From Gekko japonicus (Eukaryota), in the NCBI RefSeq assembly GCF_001447785.1, contig NW_015162488.1:646723-710722 (forward strand): 64,000 nucleotides of DNA. The letters are read 5' to 3'. Position 1 is the stretch's first letter. Every line of letters starts with the position of its first letter. Below are positions 49,308-61,228 of the stretch, one piece after another. A program made the position numbers and the translations under genes. Below the pieces are notes generated by a model. The model did not search any database. It was not told where the DNA came from and worked only from the letters and a program-made list of their open reading frames with translations.

Positions 49308-52300
49308 ATGTCTTCAACATACAACATTGTATATTCTAATGTGTGTGGTTTGAACTGCGTTATTAAAAGAAAACGAGTTCTCACTAACCTCCTAAAACTC
49401 AAACCAAACATCATATTGTTACAGGAAACCCACCTGAAGAAATCAAGAAAATTGGTGTTCCAGACAAATTCCAGGACCAATTTTTGGCATGTGGCACATC
49501 TAAATCTAGGGGGGTTGCCATCCTTCTGTCCCAAGATTTTCGTATCTCACTCTCTGGAAAGTTGGCCGATCCTCATGGCAGGTATCTGTTTATAAAAGGC
49601 CACCTAGATGGAAGCCCAACAACTATAGGTACGCTTTATGTGCCTAATAACGGACAAGTGTTATTTATCCAAGAAGTCCTAGAAAAACTCATTGCATTCG
49701 CAATTGGGGATATCATCCTGGGTGGAAACTTCAACCACATAATTGACAACGAAATGGGTAGATCACACTTCAATTTACTTAAACAACACCCCAAAAAAAC
49801 ACTAACAAAATTGAATACTATCATTAAAGAACACGATCTAGTAGACATATGGCACTTACTGCATAATTCTGACAAAGACTATACATACTACTCTGCCAGA
49901 CACAACACCCAACCAGATGGGATGCTATGAAGCCAGTCATGCGAGGCATTCTCATTTCAAAAGCTTCCTTTCTGAGAAAAAAGAGACAACAATTAGAAAA
50001 TGACATTAAAGTCAAAATTAAGACATTAGACGGCACATTTAAAGAGAGGGGCTCCAAAAAGGTATACAAGCAACTTTTACTTGAGTGCAAAAACCTAAAA
50101 GCATTAGAAACGTCCAATATTAGAAAACAATTGATCTATACAAAACAAAAATACTGGCAGAAAACACCCCGCAACTTTAAAACTTCCATCACACAAAATA
50201 AAAGAACAAAAACTCTCAAGATTTATAAAAACAAACACTCCCAGTAGAGACACCCTAACTGATTCAAAATCTATCAATGGGGTTTTCACAAACTATTACA
50301 CAAATTTATGCAAGGCACAAACAACTCAACATGCAGCCACTCAACAATTTCACACAAATTTCATTATCCACACGGTAGCTGATGACATGCATAGATCCTA
50401 TATGGACACACCATTTACAAAACAAGAAATATTGGATACTATCAAAACACTCAAACTACACAAATCACCGGGACCAGATGGCTTCCCATCTGAGTTCTAC
50501 AAATGCTTTGCACCCATACTAACAGACCCACTACTTAAAACATGCAACCACATATTAGAAACAGGCGACCTACCCCCCTCATGGAAACAGGCAACAACAG
50601 TGGTTTTACATAAAAAAGACAGGGACCCCCTTCACCCAGCATCTTACAGGCCTATATCCTTATTAAATCAGGACCTTAAAATATTCATATCTATGCTGGC
50701 AAAACGCCTTAACCAATATCATCCCAAGCTACATCCACCCAGATCAGGCAGGTTTTATCCCCCAAAGAGATCTAACAGATAATACCGTTAAAACTCTCCA
50801 CCTCCTTCAACATTGCAAATCATCTAAAGTGTCCTCTACCTTTCCCTTGATGTTGAAAAAGCCTTTGATACCTTAGAATTCCCATATTTGTTTCACGAGC
50901 TCCATGCAATGGGCTTTATCACCGCACTCAAATCTCTCTATGCACAACCTACCACCAAACTGAAAATAAATGGAAATCTCTCTGACACAGTTGGACTACA
51001 TAGGGGTACAAGACAGGGGTGTCCACTGTCCCCGCTGCTTTTCGCAGTAGCTGTGGAACCCCTAGCACAAGCAATCAGGACTAACCCACACATTTCTGGA
51101 ATAAAAATTTCTCTATTTGCCGATGACATGATGCTGTATTTGACCAACCCCAAGGCCTCTTTCCCAGAACTTCTCAATACTTTAGACTCCTTCAGCCATT
51201 TCTCAGGTCTGCACATTAACAATTCCAAATCTTATGTCCCGATACACATTCCCAAGAAAGAAATTGCTGATCTGCAAAAAAGCTATAAATTTCGTTGGAC
51301 ATCTACATACATTACCTATCTAGGGATTAAGCTCCCTATAGATCTCACAAAAATCATCTTAAACCACCAGAGCATGCACACTGAATTAAGATATTCAAAA
51401 CTGGAACAAGCTCAATATCTCCTGGATGGAACGTTTCAACCTTCTACGTTTGTTTATCCTACCAATATATTTTTCTCTTCAAAGCAATTCCCATCACCCT
51501 TCCTCCCTCTCTGATCCAAAAATGCCAAAGTTCTCCCAGTACTCCACCTTTATTAACCAACCTTGGTTCCTTGATAATGTGCCGCTACCATCTAGGAAAA
51601 ACTGGACAGACCATAACATTACACAGTATTGTGATGTGGCTTCAAGGTGAGGTTTACTGCAGAAATCAGAACTGGAAACAAATCTAGGCCAATCAATTCC
51701 ATGGTATGTTATTTACAGCTACAACACACATGCAACCAACACAAACTACTTACCCTCCTGAAGGCACCACACACAGATCTGGAACTTATCATAAATCTTT
51801 TTGAATCTCGTAACCGTGGTCTGATCTCTGCCCTCTATCAATTATTAATTAGAGAAACATCACCGGGTCTTCTGCCCTACCATGTGGTCTGAACTCTGGA
51901 AGTCCCCGATTTTTACATCATCTATTATTTCAATGGAACATCAAACCCTCAAAACTATGACCAGGTGGTAACTCACACCCCAACAACTCTCACATATGTG
52001 CCCTACAATATCACCCTACTGCTGGAAAGATTGCCAACAAGGAACCTATGCACATTGCTGGTCGGGGTGCAATGGGGTACAGGCTTTTTGGGAACTAGTC
52101 TTACACCACATTCATGTCATAACAGGTGTCACACTCCCCCTCACTCCTGAAGCTCTTTTTCTTGACCACTGGCCAGATCAATTGGCTACCAACTATTGAC
52201 ATTATGGTGTCTACAGCAAAAACCGCTATTGCCTCCTGCTGGCGGGAACCTTACCCCCCCAACCCGAAATTATGGTTCAAAAAATGTGGGAAACTAACCT

Positions 52301-52449
52301 GATGGACAAACATCACTGACAAAATAAACAGGTCTCTTCTGAAACCGGCCAAAACGAACTTTGATAGCAAATGGTTCCCAATACTAGAATTTTTATCACA
52401 CGATGAATTTATCTCACCAGAATGGAAGCAACTGCAGAGATGGCTTTGA
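49308..52449 (+). pseudogene. L1 ORF2p (APE endonuclease, RT, Cys-rich C-terminus), with frameshifts and deletions
   Basis: NVCGLN, LLQETH, SRGVAIL, ILGGNFN, KSPGPDGFPSEFYK, SYRPISLLNQDLKI, RGTRQGCPLSPLLF, LFADDM, CWKDC..GTYAHCWSGC. Confidence 0.93.
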
Positions 52450-52849
52450 ATCTTAATCTTCCTCAGGGCGTACAATACATTCGATTTTATTATCAATATA
52501 CTCCCATCTGACTTAGTGTTAAGGACACCTCCCACTCATGACACTCCAAAGTACTCTGTGCTATACTCAAAACAGGATCTAAGTTATACCTTTTACTGAA
52601 ATTGCACTATTGTTAAAATGTTAAATTGTTGTTACGTTGAATAATGTAACTAACCAAAGCTTCTTATCAATTGCATTTCTGTACATTCTAAAATACAAAA
52701 TGTACTGCGCTGTTATGTCATTTTACTCTTTTTCGTTCTACAATAAAAATTAGAAATAAAAAAAATCCAATAGGTGCTCTCTAAAATTAAACAGTGGTAA
52801 AAAAAATTTAAAATGTCATTTTTGAGGGGATAAATATACACTCCTTCCC

Positions 52850-53281
52850 TCCTAACGCCGCAGCTTCGGGGACTCCTGGGGCGGATGCCAAAGCCTGCTC
52901 GTCTGCCAGCCTGCCCCCCAGCTTCCTCCCCCAGAAACTTTCAATGTCGCCTCCATGCTGGGGGACGGCAGGCAGGACTTTTCTCCAAGCAGGACTTCAA
53001 GCACTCAAAGCTGGAAGGTTTTAAAAAAAATCACACAGAGCAGTCAGAGGGCCCTAATCGCAATCATTGCGAAAGATGGCTGTCCAGATGGGCGAAATCG
53101 CGCATTCAAAGCGCAAGTGCCAGGAAAATACTTGATTTTCCCAGGGGTAGGAAAACCCGGGAGCATTGCGGGAGTGAGCCTGCTTCGGCATGGGAGGCGG
53201 ATTGGCACATGTGAATGGAAAATGTAAATGCGAGAGGGAACAGCGGCGAACCCCGATCAAATGAACCATGTGACCACACCC
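52850..53281. mobile_element. CpG-rich probable Harbinger-type MITE fragment (one end visible)
   Basis: Ends in CATGTGACCACACCC, similar to the TIR at 58242-58257; no left TIR found. Confidence 0.35.
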
Positions 53282-54049
53282 TGATACTAAAATGTGATTT
53301 TACCCACTCTATAACCTCATGCACATTTAAGGGAAAATACACAAGAACCATGCAATCCTATGCAGAGTTACTCCAGGCTAAACACTTTGACTCCACATAG
53401 AATTGAACAGAAAGAGTTCCATGTGTTGCATTAGATATTGTTTGGCTGAAGCAAATTGAAAATGTTTTTCTTCTAACAAACTATAGTTGTGAAAAACACT
53501 TCTTTAGAATTATTTGGTACATTTGAATACTGCTTTTTTCTTGCATGATCAGAAAATGATAAAATTTAATTTTAAATGGTAATTACATCACTGACATTAT
53601 ATTTCCATGGTTTGAAATATGAACCTGGGCAACTTTTAATGCTCTCAGTATGAAGTGAGAAGTACAGCCCCCATGAATTTTTCTCTGGTATTGATTTATT
53701 TGACTGCTGCAGTGGCAGCTGTGAGAAAAACCTTCTCACTCTCTCTTGTTCCAAAAGTGGGTTTGGGAGAATTTGTCCATAAAGGAACATGATTTCTCAA
53801 GAATTCAAGACTGTTATGGCACAGTCAAACAACCTTGTGACCACTTTTCTTTTTCTGAGCCCCCCTCATGAGTGTCTAACAAAGTTTGGGGTTCACAACC
53901 CATCTCTATCCTGAAATTAAGAGAACTGGGCAGTATCCTAACTTGAGCTGAAGAAAGTTCCTCCAGCCTATGCAGCCTTCCTCCAACTTAAATGGCTCTT
54001 CCCTAAAAGGAAGGCTTCAAACTTTTGTTAGCAGAGTGGTAGGATATCA

Positions 54050-54190
54050 ACCATTAGGTAACCTTGATACAGAGAGTATTCCATCTTTCTGTATTTATAC
54101 CTCTGAGGATGCTAGTCACAGTTACTGGCGAAACGTCAGGTTCTACAATGCCAAGACCACGGCCACACATCCCGGAAAATCTACAGCAAC
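54050..54190 (+). mobile_element. Penelope-like pLTR tail
   Basis: CTCTGAGGATGC...GGCGAAACGTCAGG...CACGGCCACACATCCCGGAAAATCTACAGCAAC resembles squamate Penelope termini. Confidence 0.7.
54099..54141 (+). ncRNA. Minimal type I hammerhead ribozyme motif
   Basis: Stem I ACCT/AGGT; CTGAGGA core; stem II GCTAGT/ACTGGC; GAAA; palindromic ACGT stem III; GUC triplet ending at 54137. Confidence 0.7.
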
Positions 54191-54196
54191 AAATAA

Positions 54197-55225
54197 AATG
54201 AATGTTAATGGGGATAAATGTAAAGTTCTGCATTTAGGTAGGAAAATTCAAATGCATAATTATAGGATGGGGGAGACTTGTCTTGGCAGTAGTATGTACA
54301 AAAAGGATCTAGGGGTCTTAGTGGACCATACACTGAATATGAGTCAGCAGTGTAGCTAAAAAGGCAAATGGAATTTTGGGCTGCATCAACAGAAATATAG
54401 TGTCCAGATCATGTGAAGTGATGGTATCGCTTAAATTGGGCACCACAATTTAAGACGAATATAGACCAGCTGGAACATGTTCAGAGGAGGGCAACGAAGA
54501 TGGTGAGGGGGCTGGAGACCAAGTCCTATGAGGAGAGGCTGAAGGAGCTGGGTATGTTTAGCCTGGAAAGGAGATGACTGAGAGGTGATATGATAACCAA
54601 CTTGAAGGGCTGTCATATAGAGGATGGTGTGGAGTTGTTTTCTGTTGCCTCAGAAGGTCAGACAGAACCAAGGGGTTCAAATTAAATCAAAAGAATTTTC
54701 AGCTAAATAGCAGCAAGAACTTCCTGACAGTTAGAGTGGACTTCCTCAGGAGATGGTGGGCTCTCCTTCTTTTGAGGTTTTCAAACAGAGGCTGCTGCTG
54801 TTGTTGTTATTATTATTATCCTGCCCATCCCATGGACGGGCTCAGGGTGGGTAACATCATATTATAATAAATACAATTACAATTTAAAACACAGTATAAA
54901 CATTAACATCGATGGGTACAGCTGAAGACAAAAATCAGCTGGCTATAAAGATTCTAGTCTGTTGGTGTAGATTAAATAAAGGTCAGTTGTCAGTGGGTGG
55001 GTGGGTCTGACAGCAATGCTTGTTCTGTGAATTTAGGCAGAGAAGGCAGTCAGGAAATGCTGATCACCACTCTGGGCATGGAGCAGGGGTCACTGGGTGT
55101 TTTTTTTGGGGGGGAGAGATATTTGTGAATTTCCTGTGTTGTCTTCGGACAGCGCTGGCTGTTCGGCTTTGAAACGGAGATGAGCACCGCAACCCTAGAG
55201 GTCCCTTCGAACTCTATGATTCTAG
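54197..55225 (+). mobile_element. CR1 LINE 3' fragment, interrupted by an antisense L2 tail (about 54800-54900) and a Sauria SINE piece
   Basis: [41 protein letters not shown]; terminal GAGGTCCCTTCGAACTCTATGATTCTA. Confidence 0.88.
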
Positions 55226-55279
55226 TTAGTCGGGAAATATGTCCTCTTTTTTGCTTTTCAAAATATGATAACCCTTCTT

Positions 55280-56200
55280 TAGTCACTCACCGACCGGGGG
55301 GCATCCCTTCGTTTTTTTGAAGTTTTTATTAAAAACAAACAAAATCCTGCCTGGAGTTCAAGAACAACTGTCGTTTAAACGTAAGCAAAGCGGTTCCCTG
55401 TCTCTATGCACGCTCACTCGGTATTCAAAAGGCTTCGGCACTTCCAAACGCATCCCTGCATCTTTGGGAGAAGACTAGGGTTTCCTATCACTTTGGTGAT
55501 AGGAACTTTCAATCTTTTGGTCGTCACTCGCCACGTACGCCCCCGCCCCGGGTAAGGCCGGAAAGGGAACGCTCCACTTCTGGAGTAGAACAGCATCCTA
55601 GAAAGCTGACGGAACAGTAGAGGCCATGCCTTGTTCCTCGTCGAACCACTTTCGACTGCCCTCCTGTCTCCAGCATATTGGAAAGCTGCCAAATGTGGAA
55701 GGCGGGGAGGGGAGTGATAGCAGCGCTTAAAGCGTTAAAGTAGACGTGTCGCCTTGTGGGCGCCGGTTGCCAGGGTTGCGGCGGAGGCTGTCCCCGCGGT
55801 GGGCGTGTGGGCCGCCAGCGCTCTCTGTCTCGCGCTCGAAGAGGCGACGCCCCTACCGCCATCATCATGGCTTCGGCCGTGGCGGGCATGAGCGAGCGCG
55901 AGCAGAAAGGCTGCCAGGAGCTGCTGGAGCTCCTGCACACGGACGACCTGATCGCCCTAACCGACACAGTGACCAACCGCCTCGTGCAGCCGGACAATCG
56001 CCAAGGTGGGAGTGCGGGGCGCGAAGGACCCCGGCGGGGACGGGCTTCTCTCCTTCGGGGAGAGGGGAAGGGAGGCGCACCAGCAGCTGTGTTCGGACTC
56101 GGGCCTCGTCTCTCTTCATTCACCAAAATGGAATCTCTCAGTTTGCCCCCATGAGCGGGTGTATATGTGACCGTTCGCTCTCCCTGACACGGGTTAGGGT
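55280..56200. promoter_or_regulatory. CpG island; promoter of C3orf38, possibly bidirectional
   Basis: CpG-dense; GC box CCCCGCCCC near 55540; minus-strand donor TCG|GTGAGT at 55291/55290. Confidence 0.8.
55867..56005 (+). CDS. C3orf38: C3orf38 orthologue, coding exon 1
   Basis: atcATGg Kozak; MASAVAGMSEREQKGCQELLELLHTDDLIALTDTVTNRLVQPDNRQ shares the DTVTNRLVQP motif; AAG|GTGGGA donor, phase 1; synteny with ZNF654. Confidence 0.9.
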
Positions 56201-56835
56201 GGGAGTTGAAAAAGTTGGTTGGCTTGGTTCCTCTTTTCTTCAGGGAGCAGCTTGTGTTGTCCTGTCTGAATATATCTGTGGGGAGGGTTCTTACTGTGAC
56301 TGTAATTCCAGAGGGGGTAAAGTGTGATAGTTTGTTGCAGAAAATAAAATAAGTCTAGTAATAAAAGGAGATGATGAACTCTAGCTCACAAAGCCTGAGT
56401 AAATATTGTTAGTCTTCGGGGTGCTGCCAGACTTCGGTTTTATTTCTCTTACTGTGCTTCTGTATCATTGATCTTCACTCCCCATTGCTGTTTTTCTCCT
56501 CTAAAGGCCCATGGAGAAGCTCTCATGCAAGACTCTCTATTTTGAAAATAAATCCAAAACTGCCTCCAGAGAGGTACTGTACACGAGCTGCCTTCAGGGA
56601 CTAGTATGCTTTAAGCAAGGCTGTTTTCCTTTCAAACATGTGATCTCATTCCGTGTGAGGAACTGCCTTTGAAATGTCTTGGAATTTGGAAAGAGACCTG
56701 CCCTATGGACCATTCTCTGACCAAAAAAAAAAGTTTTGTTGAGTGTTTAGCCCACTAGATGGTAGCCAGTGGTACTGATTTTTGGCAAAAGATGGGTGGG
56801 GAATAATGGGCATGACTTGCTGTTGTTTAAACTGT

Positions 56836-56952
56836 TATTTGACAAAGGGAACTTTGACTCTTGGAAGCTCATACCCTCTTGTTGGTCTCTGATGTGCTAC
56901 TGGACTCAAAACTTACTGTTCTACTAGAGAGCAACATGGCTACCCTCTGAAA
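56836..56952 (+). mobile_element. Degenerate Penelope pLTR tail (a second remnant lies at about 56365-56430)
   Basis: GAAGCTCATACC..TTGTTGGTCTC..GTGCTACTGGACTC...CAACATGGCTACCCTCTGAAA, similar to the arm ends of 25372-26620. Confidence 0.55.
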
Positions 56953-57741
56953 TATTGATTTGTATAGTATCAGCATCTGCCCTCAATAAAGTAAAAGCCA
57001 CTAAAGAAGGAAGTGATTTCATTCTTTTTGTAATGAATACTTAGTACAATTACTATGCTTCTGAAGAGAGAAGCTGCAGTTTGCTTTAAGAAAGGGCTTG
57101 TTCCTTTGGCACTGAGAGTGGCTGCCACTGTATAGATATTTGCTTGAATATGAAACTCATAGGCTGTGCCAGTTTTGGTTGCTACAGTACATTAATAGGT
57201 TCAGTTAGCAATTGTGATGAAACCTCTTATTGTGCTGTCTGTAGTTGTTACTCAAGTAATGACTTCATATATAGTTACATAGGTAATGTTTTCACACAAG
57301 TAATGTTCTTACTGTAGACAGACAGAAGTTGAGGAATTTCCTTGCAGTCTCTGTGTAGCCCAACATATGGGATTTTATTCCAGCACAGTATAATTATGGG
57401 GAATCCATCATAATGTTGCTGAGGAGCTGGGGCTTCTACCCTCTTGACTAAAGAAGAGACATCTGACTCTGTTCACATGATTTTTCTCTCAGTTCTGCTG
57501 ACCACTGGGGCAGTGGCACATTATGTGTTCTTATTCATGGCTTCATCTATCTGTTGTCTTTCTCCACTCCACTAGATTTAGATAGCTAACATAAGCAGTT
57601 CTGCTCAAGTCTACTCAAAGGAGCTTACTCACAGGAAAATGCTCATAGGATTGCACTGTTCAGTTGTCAGGTTTTTTTAATGTGAGGGATTTGTGTAGTG
57701 TTCATATTAATACTCAAGTGTATATATTGATAGTATATATA

Positions 57742-58257
57742 GGCCCCAGTCACACGGAGCATTAGGCACACTAGAGAGACGGAAGATAGGTGGGTTTTCT
57801 GGGTGCGATCACAGTGCCACATCTGGGAAGCATAGAGCTCCCATGGCTCACCCGAGGCTTCACTCCAAAGATGTGCTGTAAAAAACTAGTACCTCCGAGG
57901 TACTAGTTTCTGGAAAGTGCGGGGCAAGGGCGGGCGTCAGATCACGTTTCCGGTGTTAGCTCGTGGCATCCGGCTCCCGCCCATGTCCCGTTGCGAAAAG
58001 TTTTTTTTTTGTCAAGTCTCCATGGGTGCGCACAAGCACCCAATGGCACATGCGAACACTTGGATTAAAAACAACAACACAACCCCCACGGCGCCGCTTC
58101 TTTGCCGCGCCGCAGGAGTGAGGTAAGATCGGCACCTCCCCCCAACCATGGGACGTCGGGCGGGACGTTTGATCCGGCTGCCGCACGGTAGTTCGCTCCA
58201 GGGCAAACAGACGCCCCCCCCCCCCCCCCGCGATATCCGGCCCGTGTGACCGAGGCC
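57742..58257. mobile_element. PIF/Harbinger-type MITE
   Basis: TIRs GGCCCCAGTCACACGG / CCGTGTGACCGAGGCC (14/16 match); 3-bp TSD ATA; CpG-rich interior. Confidence 0.75.
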
Positions 58258-58800
58258 ATAAATGATAGTATCTAAGCAATAGTTGAAATGCACTACAACC
58301 TCTGTATATACTGGCTTAGAGAATTCTAAGACATGGTAAGACATATTTTTACTTCACTGTGGTAGTATTCAGAGATACTACTTGGTTATGATCATCTGTG
58401 ATTTCCTGCCAGGAAGCCCTTGAAATCTATAAAATGCTTTTCTCAAGGGTGATCTACCTGTGCCTAAGTATATGTTTCAAATCAAGATGGGAAAATACAT
58501 ACTGCTATTACAGCAATTGGTTACTGGGGGGGGGGATCTTGCTGTTTACCCTGAGACTAAAAATAAAAGCTCTTTTGGGGAAAGAAACCTGAATGATGAT
58601 TGAATAATTCTGAATTCAAGCACCAGGTTTTAAAATTAAATGTTTCCATTTGTTGCTTGCATAGTGTCTTAGGGACATTCCTATGCTACAACCTGAGAAC
58701 GTGGCTCCTCAGTTAGAGATGTTTTATCATCTGAGGAGCTTGCTTCAACAAGCTGCTTTCATGGGGGAATTGTTTCTGACTTGAATTTCTCTTTTTCCAG

Positions 58801-59021
58801 AAGCCATACGTGCCATCTTACTGTACAGTCAAAGTACAGAAGAACTGCTGAAGAGAAAGAAGGTCTTTAGAGATACAATCTTCAAGTACTTGGCATCAAA
58901 AGGCATTATAGTGCCTCCTTCTTCTGAGAAGCATCAACTTGTTAATTATGTAAAACACTATTGGTGTGAATACTTGCAGGATCGTGGCACAGGGTTAAAA
59001 TGTGAAAAGCCTAATATAAAG
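58801..59021 (+). CDS. C3orf38: C3orf38 orthologue, coding exon 2
   Basis: CTTTTTCCAG| [55 protein letters not shown]...KPNIK |GTAAGC; 221 nt. Confidence 0.92.
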
Positions 59022-60552
59022 GTAAGCCTGATTGTTTGCAAGCCCTGAACATCTGCTACATTCTTTTGAAAAGCAACTGTTGCTTGTTCATTCTTTTATT
59101 GCTGGTTTCAGCATGTAGCTGTTCAGGTTCTGTTTTGGCATGGCAGAGAACTAATTGGGCTGGACAGCAGTGGTTTCCATCATGGCTGGCACCCTCCTCT
59201 TTCCTTCCATCTTTTCACTTCACCCTCCTTTGCGCCCTGCCCGCAAGACAGCAGCACAAGCGAGTCTAAGACTAAATTAGTGATGCCATCTGGAGATTAT
59301 TTAATAATATAGGAAAGACTGAATGATTAATTTTAATAATGTTATGCTGATGTTTTTAATTTCTGTTGTACACTGCCCAGAGCCCTGTGTGCTCAGGAGT
59401 TGGGGGATTCATAAATTTAAAGTATAAATAAATAAAAATCAAATAAATCCCAACCATTCTCTCAGCTGCTGATAATTAAGTCTGCATCCATCTGGCTGCG
59501 TGAATCCAGAAGATACTGCTGTCTCTTCCACTATTAGAGAAAATTGTGACAGAGTTTTTGTGTTAAACTGGTTGTGTGTGTGTGTATAAAGAGAGTGTTT
59601 AGGGTTTGAATTTCCCAGTTCAAGTATTGTAGGAAGCATAGGTTGCCTGGATTCATACATTGCATTACACTGCTGGCCTCTTCACAGATCCATGCAGATA
59701 AGAGATCCACAAGCTGGGATTAATTGGAACTTGTAGTTACTCTAATTAGTCATTACATCTAAACCCAGGAGTCCTGTTTTAATACTAGTTTGCTCGGCAG
59801 GTGCAGAGTTGCTGTTGCAGAGCATTAAAAAATCCTGTTATTCTCCTGCTGCAGTCAGCTCTTACTTTCTGCAAACAAGCTGTGATTTTTGAGCAGGCTC
59901 TGGTTAGTTTTATGCATCTGCTGTGCTAACTGTGGTTAGTTCAATAAATGGTTGCTTAAGGTAAGCCTGGCTAAGATCTGAATATCACCTTAACTTTGCG
60001 AGCTGTTTGGTTCTTTGCTGGTAGCTGGAAAGACTCAGTTGCATTGGATCATTTAACTGCTGCCTTAGTACAGCAGGTGTTTTTATTCTGAAACAAAATC
60101 AGTCTTCTGAAGTGTTAGGAGAACCTTTCTCTTAGCTGTTTGTTGTCATTTGAATCACTTGCTCACTAACCTGTACTCATTTCTGTGGCAGCTGTGGGGT
60201 GAGAGATGGAGCAGGGAAGACTCTGAGACAACTGCCTTCTGGACTGAGGAATGTTCAGTCCCCCACTCTGGCCTCTCTGATAGTTTTTTTTTAAACCCCA
60301 ACTGTTCAGAATCAAATAAAATGGGGGCACAAGCTTTGGGATTGATAGCATGTAAGTTATGCATTCCCTTAGAATCTCTTATTTGGAAACCTGCTAGATC
60401 TAATCTGTAATTATATGTGAGATAAATAGAGATCACTTTTCCTTGGACACTTGACACTCAACAAATAAGACCCAGATTGAGATGAACAACAAAGATTTAT
60501 TGAACAGAAAATAATAGTCTATAATAAGGTAAATATTATGGGTGGATGACTT

Positions 60553-61228
60553 TAACTGTAAACTTTACCTTTATTGGCATAACAACACCCAAATAACAAC
60601 CATCTTTCATTAGCCATAGCATTCAGATACATTTCTCACCTTTTAGATGCAAAATGTAAAAATTTGGCCAGTTTCAATAATCGCTGGATTTTGAGTGGAT
60701 AATAGATAAAGAATTTTTCCTTCATCATGTTGCCCTTCTTGAACTTGCAGCCAAGGTTCAATAAGTGAGGATCAAATATTAAGGTAATAAGTACAATACC
60801 AGAAAACTTGTTCAAGGCTTTCTACTTTGTGCAGTCCAAAAACAGAGCCTATTAGAGTACGAAATTTTCTGAAATCTCCCGTACAGTACTGCAGAAGATA
60901 ATATATTAAAGTGAGCTAACATATAAGACAGTTAAACAAGAGAAATACCCTGCGAAGGACCCTTGTGGGAAAATCCCTAACCTCAAAGGTGAACAACTAC
61001 CTTTAGCCAGGCTCCTTAAATCTTGCATCTCAGTATCTAGGAGTCTTTGTTTAATCAGGATATAGGCTGAATTTTCTGGCAAGGAAAATAAATCATCAAG
61101 ACTAATCCCTATTGAAATAATTTTCTTTTCTATATAGTTTAGCCACATGAATGACTGGGACTTCGCATATGAGATAAATGACTATTACAGTTGTTCTTAA
61201 AATGGAGGTGTAGACAGAATTTAATTGT
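60553..61228 (-). mobile_element. 5'-truncated LINE 3' end (RTE-X-like; clade tentative)
   Basis: 14-bp TSD TGGGTGGATGACTT (60539-60552 and 61229-61242); IKQRLLDTEMQ, SAVLYGRF..NRLC C-terminal motifs; GCCAATAAAGGT tail. Confidence 0.7.

Larger units (their letters stand above)
46671..52761 (+). mobile_element. L1 (LINE-1) with both ends intact, internally decayed
   Basis: 14-bp TSD AAAATCCAATAGGT (46657-46670 and 52762-52775) at a TTT|AAAA site; 5' GGGGGACTTCCGG; AATAAA at 52742 plus A-rich tail. Confidence 0.93.

Noticed and set aside
55414-56327. Overlapping ORFs up to 200 aa around C3orf38 exon 1
   Set aside because: Same CpG-island artefact; only 55867-56005 joins in frame to exon 2
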